Shown here one piece after another: positions 62,120 through 64,000 of a stretch of DNA of 64,000 bases. Within the stretch, counting starts at the first letter, position 1, and every line of letters begins with the position of its first letter. Source of the DNA: Hydrurus foetidus (taxonomy: Eukaryota); NCBI GenBank assembly GCA_900617105.1, contig UYFQ01000001.1, positions 1,302,001 to 1,366,000 on the forward strand. The letters run 5' to 3'. A program made the translations under genes and the position numbers. A model generated the notes under the pieces. The model searched no databases. It was given only the letters and a program-made list of their open reading frames with translations, and had not been told where the DNA came from.

Positions 62120-64000
62120 TCATACCCGCGAAGGAGGATTCCGCCGCCCTTGAAAGGCAGCACCGCACAGCAGCACAAAACCCATCACCAGCCACGCCAG
62201 AGCGCGGGTGAGCAGATCAGCATCAATGACGGGGGCTACGGCTTCAGGTTGGCGCTCAAGCAGCAAGCCTTTTGGCGGAGGGGGCGGTGGTGCAGGCAGA
62301 GGTTGAACGGGTTCAGGCGGTGATGTGGGTGTGGCTTGTGGTGCGGGCTTGACATTGGGCGCAGGTGGCGCGGCCTGCGCAGGCATGACGGCATCCGGCA
62401 CCAGCGCAGCATCCCCACCGAGCGCAGCCTTCACCACCCACTGGCGCACGACAGCCAGCTCGTTGTTCAGGGGTGCAGCGCGGGTCAGCGCTTGGTAGAC
62501 GGTGGCGAGTTGCTGTTGGGTGGCCTTGTCCGCCTCCCAGTAGCCCAAACGCTGCGCTTGCACCAGCCGCTCCAGCGCCTGGGCGTAGGCTTGCGGGTGG
62601 GTGCTCATCCACTGCGGCAGACCGAGTTTGTGCTTGTCTTTGACCAGCACGTCGAAAAAACTCTGCCAATGGTCAGGGCGGATGGTGTCGGGCGCGACGG
62701 CTTGCCAGCCCCAGGCGAACTGCACGGCTTTGAGGACTTGCAACGTGCCGGAATACCCCTCGGCCTTTTGCGCCTGCAACCAGCCGGGGTGCAGATAGCG
62801 TGACTGCATCTCTAAGGCGATGCTGCGTTGCGCGGTTTCCGTGGTGGCCTCGCTCACGTCCTGCAACTGGCTGACGTACAGGCCCAGCGCTTCTTTTTTA
62901 CCGGCACTGTGGGCCGCAGCGGCCAACCCGCCCAGGTACTGGAACGGGTCGTCTGAGGTGACCATCGCGTAAAGGTTGGAGCTGCGCGACAGCACGGCCG
63001 CATCGGTTTGCCGCAGGTGCGCGCCCAGGGCCTGGGCAGCAGCGGCGGCGGGGATGCCGGTCAGCGCCTGACCATCGACATAGGGCTGGCTCATGCGCTG
63101 CAAGAAGAGTTCGCCCAGACGGGCATCGCTGCCACCGGTGCCAGTGCCCGCAGCATTGCCACTGGCACCGCTTGCACCACCAGCAGCCGCAGGTGCGTCT
63201 CGCCGCAACCCGTCAGACTGCACCGCGTCCGACACGCCCGTGCCGTAGTCGCCCACCACGTTGCCGAAGACGCGGGCGCGGGCCAAGGTTTGGGCTTGTG
63301 CGGCAGAGAGGCCACGCTGACGCAGCTCAGAAGCGACTTGGGCGGTGTTGCGGGCGATGGCGTTGCCAGCAGCCGTGCCTTTGTCGCCATCTTCAGCGGT
63401 TGTCGCCACTGCCACTGCTTGGTCGATCAAGGCCATCAGCGCGGGGAACTGGTCGCGGTAAGAGCCTGTCACGCTCAGCAACACATCCACACGGGGGCGT
63501 TGCAGCTCAGCCATGGGGATCAACTCGGTGCGGATGGGGCGACCGGCATCGTCCCACACGGGCCGCACGCCCAAAGCCACCAAAGCCTGCGCTTCCATGA
63601 TGCCCTGATGGCGCAGCGTCTCACCCGCCCACAGCGACAGAGCCATTCGCGATGGGGTATTTTTTTGATGAAGGCCTTGGTGCGTTGCTCGCCAGTCTTT
63701 CAGCCAATCGGTGAACAGCGTCTGCGCCACCGCATAGGCTTGGCGCGTGGGCAGGCGGCTGGGGTCTAAACCCGTCAGGTTACGGCCTGTGGGCAGGCTG
63801 TCCGGGTTGCGGATGGGGTCGCCACCGTAGGCAGCGGGGAGGAAGCGGCCTTCCAGCGCCGTCAGTAGACCGGGGATTTCGCCCTCGGTAGCGAGGAGTT
63901 TTTCCAGCGCTTGGGCGCGTTCGGCCAGTTTGAACAAGGCCGGGCTGTCGATGGGTTGACGCGCTGCACGGTTGGGCACCGGCCCCTGGGGTTCGGGGGG
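62120..64000 (-). CDS. cobN: CobN-like chelatase subunit with Pro-rich linker and C-terminal TM (5' part outside window)
   Basis: [41 protein letters not shown]. Confidence 0.8.
   Translation of the reverse strand, partial: PPEPQGPVPNRAARQPIDSPALFKLAERAQALEKLLATEGEIPGLLTALEGRFLPAAYGGDPIRNPDSLPTGRNLTGLDPSRLPTRQAYAVAQTLFTDWLKDWRATHQGLHQKNTPSRMALSLWAGETLRHQGIMEAQALVALGVRPVWDDAGRPIRTELIPMAELQRPRVDVLLSVTGSYRDQFPALMALIDQAVAVATTAEDGDKGTAAGNAIARNTAQVASELRQRGLSAAQAQTLARARVFGNVVGDYGTGVSDAVQSDGLRRDAPAAAGGASGASGNAAGTGTGGSDARLGELFLQRMSQPYVDGQALTGIPAAAAAQALGAHLRQTDAAVLSRSSNLYAMVTSDDPFQYLGGLAAAAHSAGKKEALGLYVSQLQDVSEATTETAQRSIALEMQSRYLHPGWLQAQKAEGYSGTLQVLKAVQFAWGWQAVAPDTIRPDHWQSFFDVLVKDKHKLGLPQWMSTHPQAYAQALERLVQAQRLGYWEADKATQQQLATVYQALTRAAPLNNELAVVRQWVVKAALGGDAALVPDAVMPAQAAPPAPNVKPAPQATPTSPPEPVQPLPAPPPPPPKGLLLERQPEAVAPVIDADLLTRALAWLVMGFVLLCGAAFQGRRNPPSRV

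Overview
GC-rich betaproteobacterial chromosome segment; gene content and style suggest Comamonadaceae. Backbone: a CoxS/CoxL-like molybdoenzyme with a GAF-Fis regulator, ppk2, convergent molybdate (modABC) and tungstate (tupA plus fused tupBC) transporters, tRNA-Val(CAC) with a decayed island (IS21 remnant, IS630, integrase pseudogene), dnaQ, the isc-hsc-fdx operon and uvrB (many single-base frameshifts, probably assembly errors), tyrB/aspC, mltG, ygfZ, malQ, tex, yebC, a VbhA-Fic pair, beta-oxidation genes, DUF1800/DUF1501, cobO and cobN. The most interesting part is 39-55 kb. It holds a decayed chromosomal integron (intI reduced to two short fragments, LexA box, attI-like site, two cassettes) and a separate two-cassette array with no integrase. 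Each array carries a related but diverged ~2.4-2.5 kb element encoding a tyrosine recombinase (split by the same A8 frameshift in both) and an IS91-type HUH/Y2 protein. Both elements sit exactly at the AAC of the R'' box of a resident attC, in reverse orientation. Each has its own 54-bp attC-like hairpin, with a compensatory base-pair change between the copies. They look like self-mobilising, attC-targeting 'autonomous cassettes'. All calls come from reading the sequence; no database searches were run.
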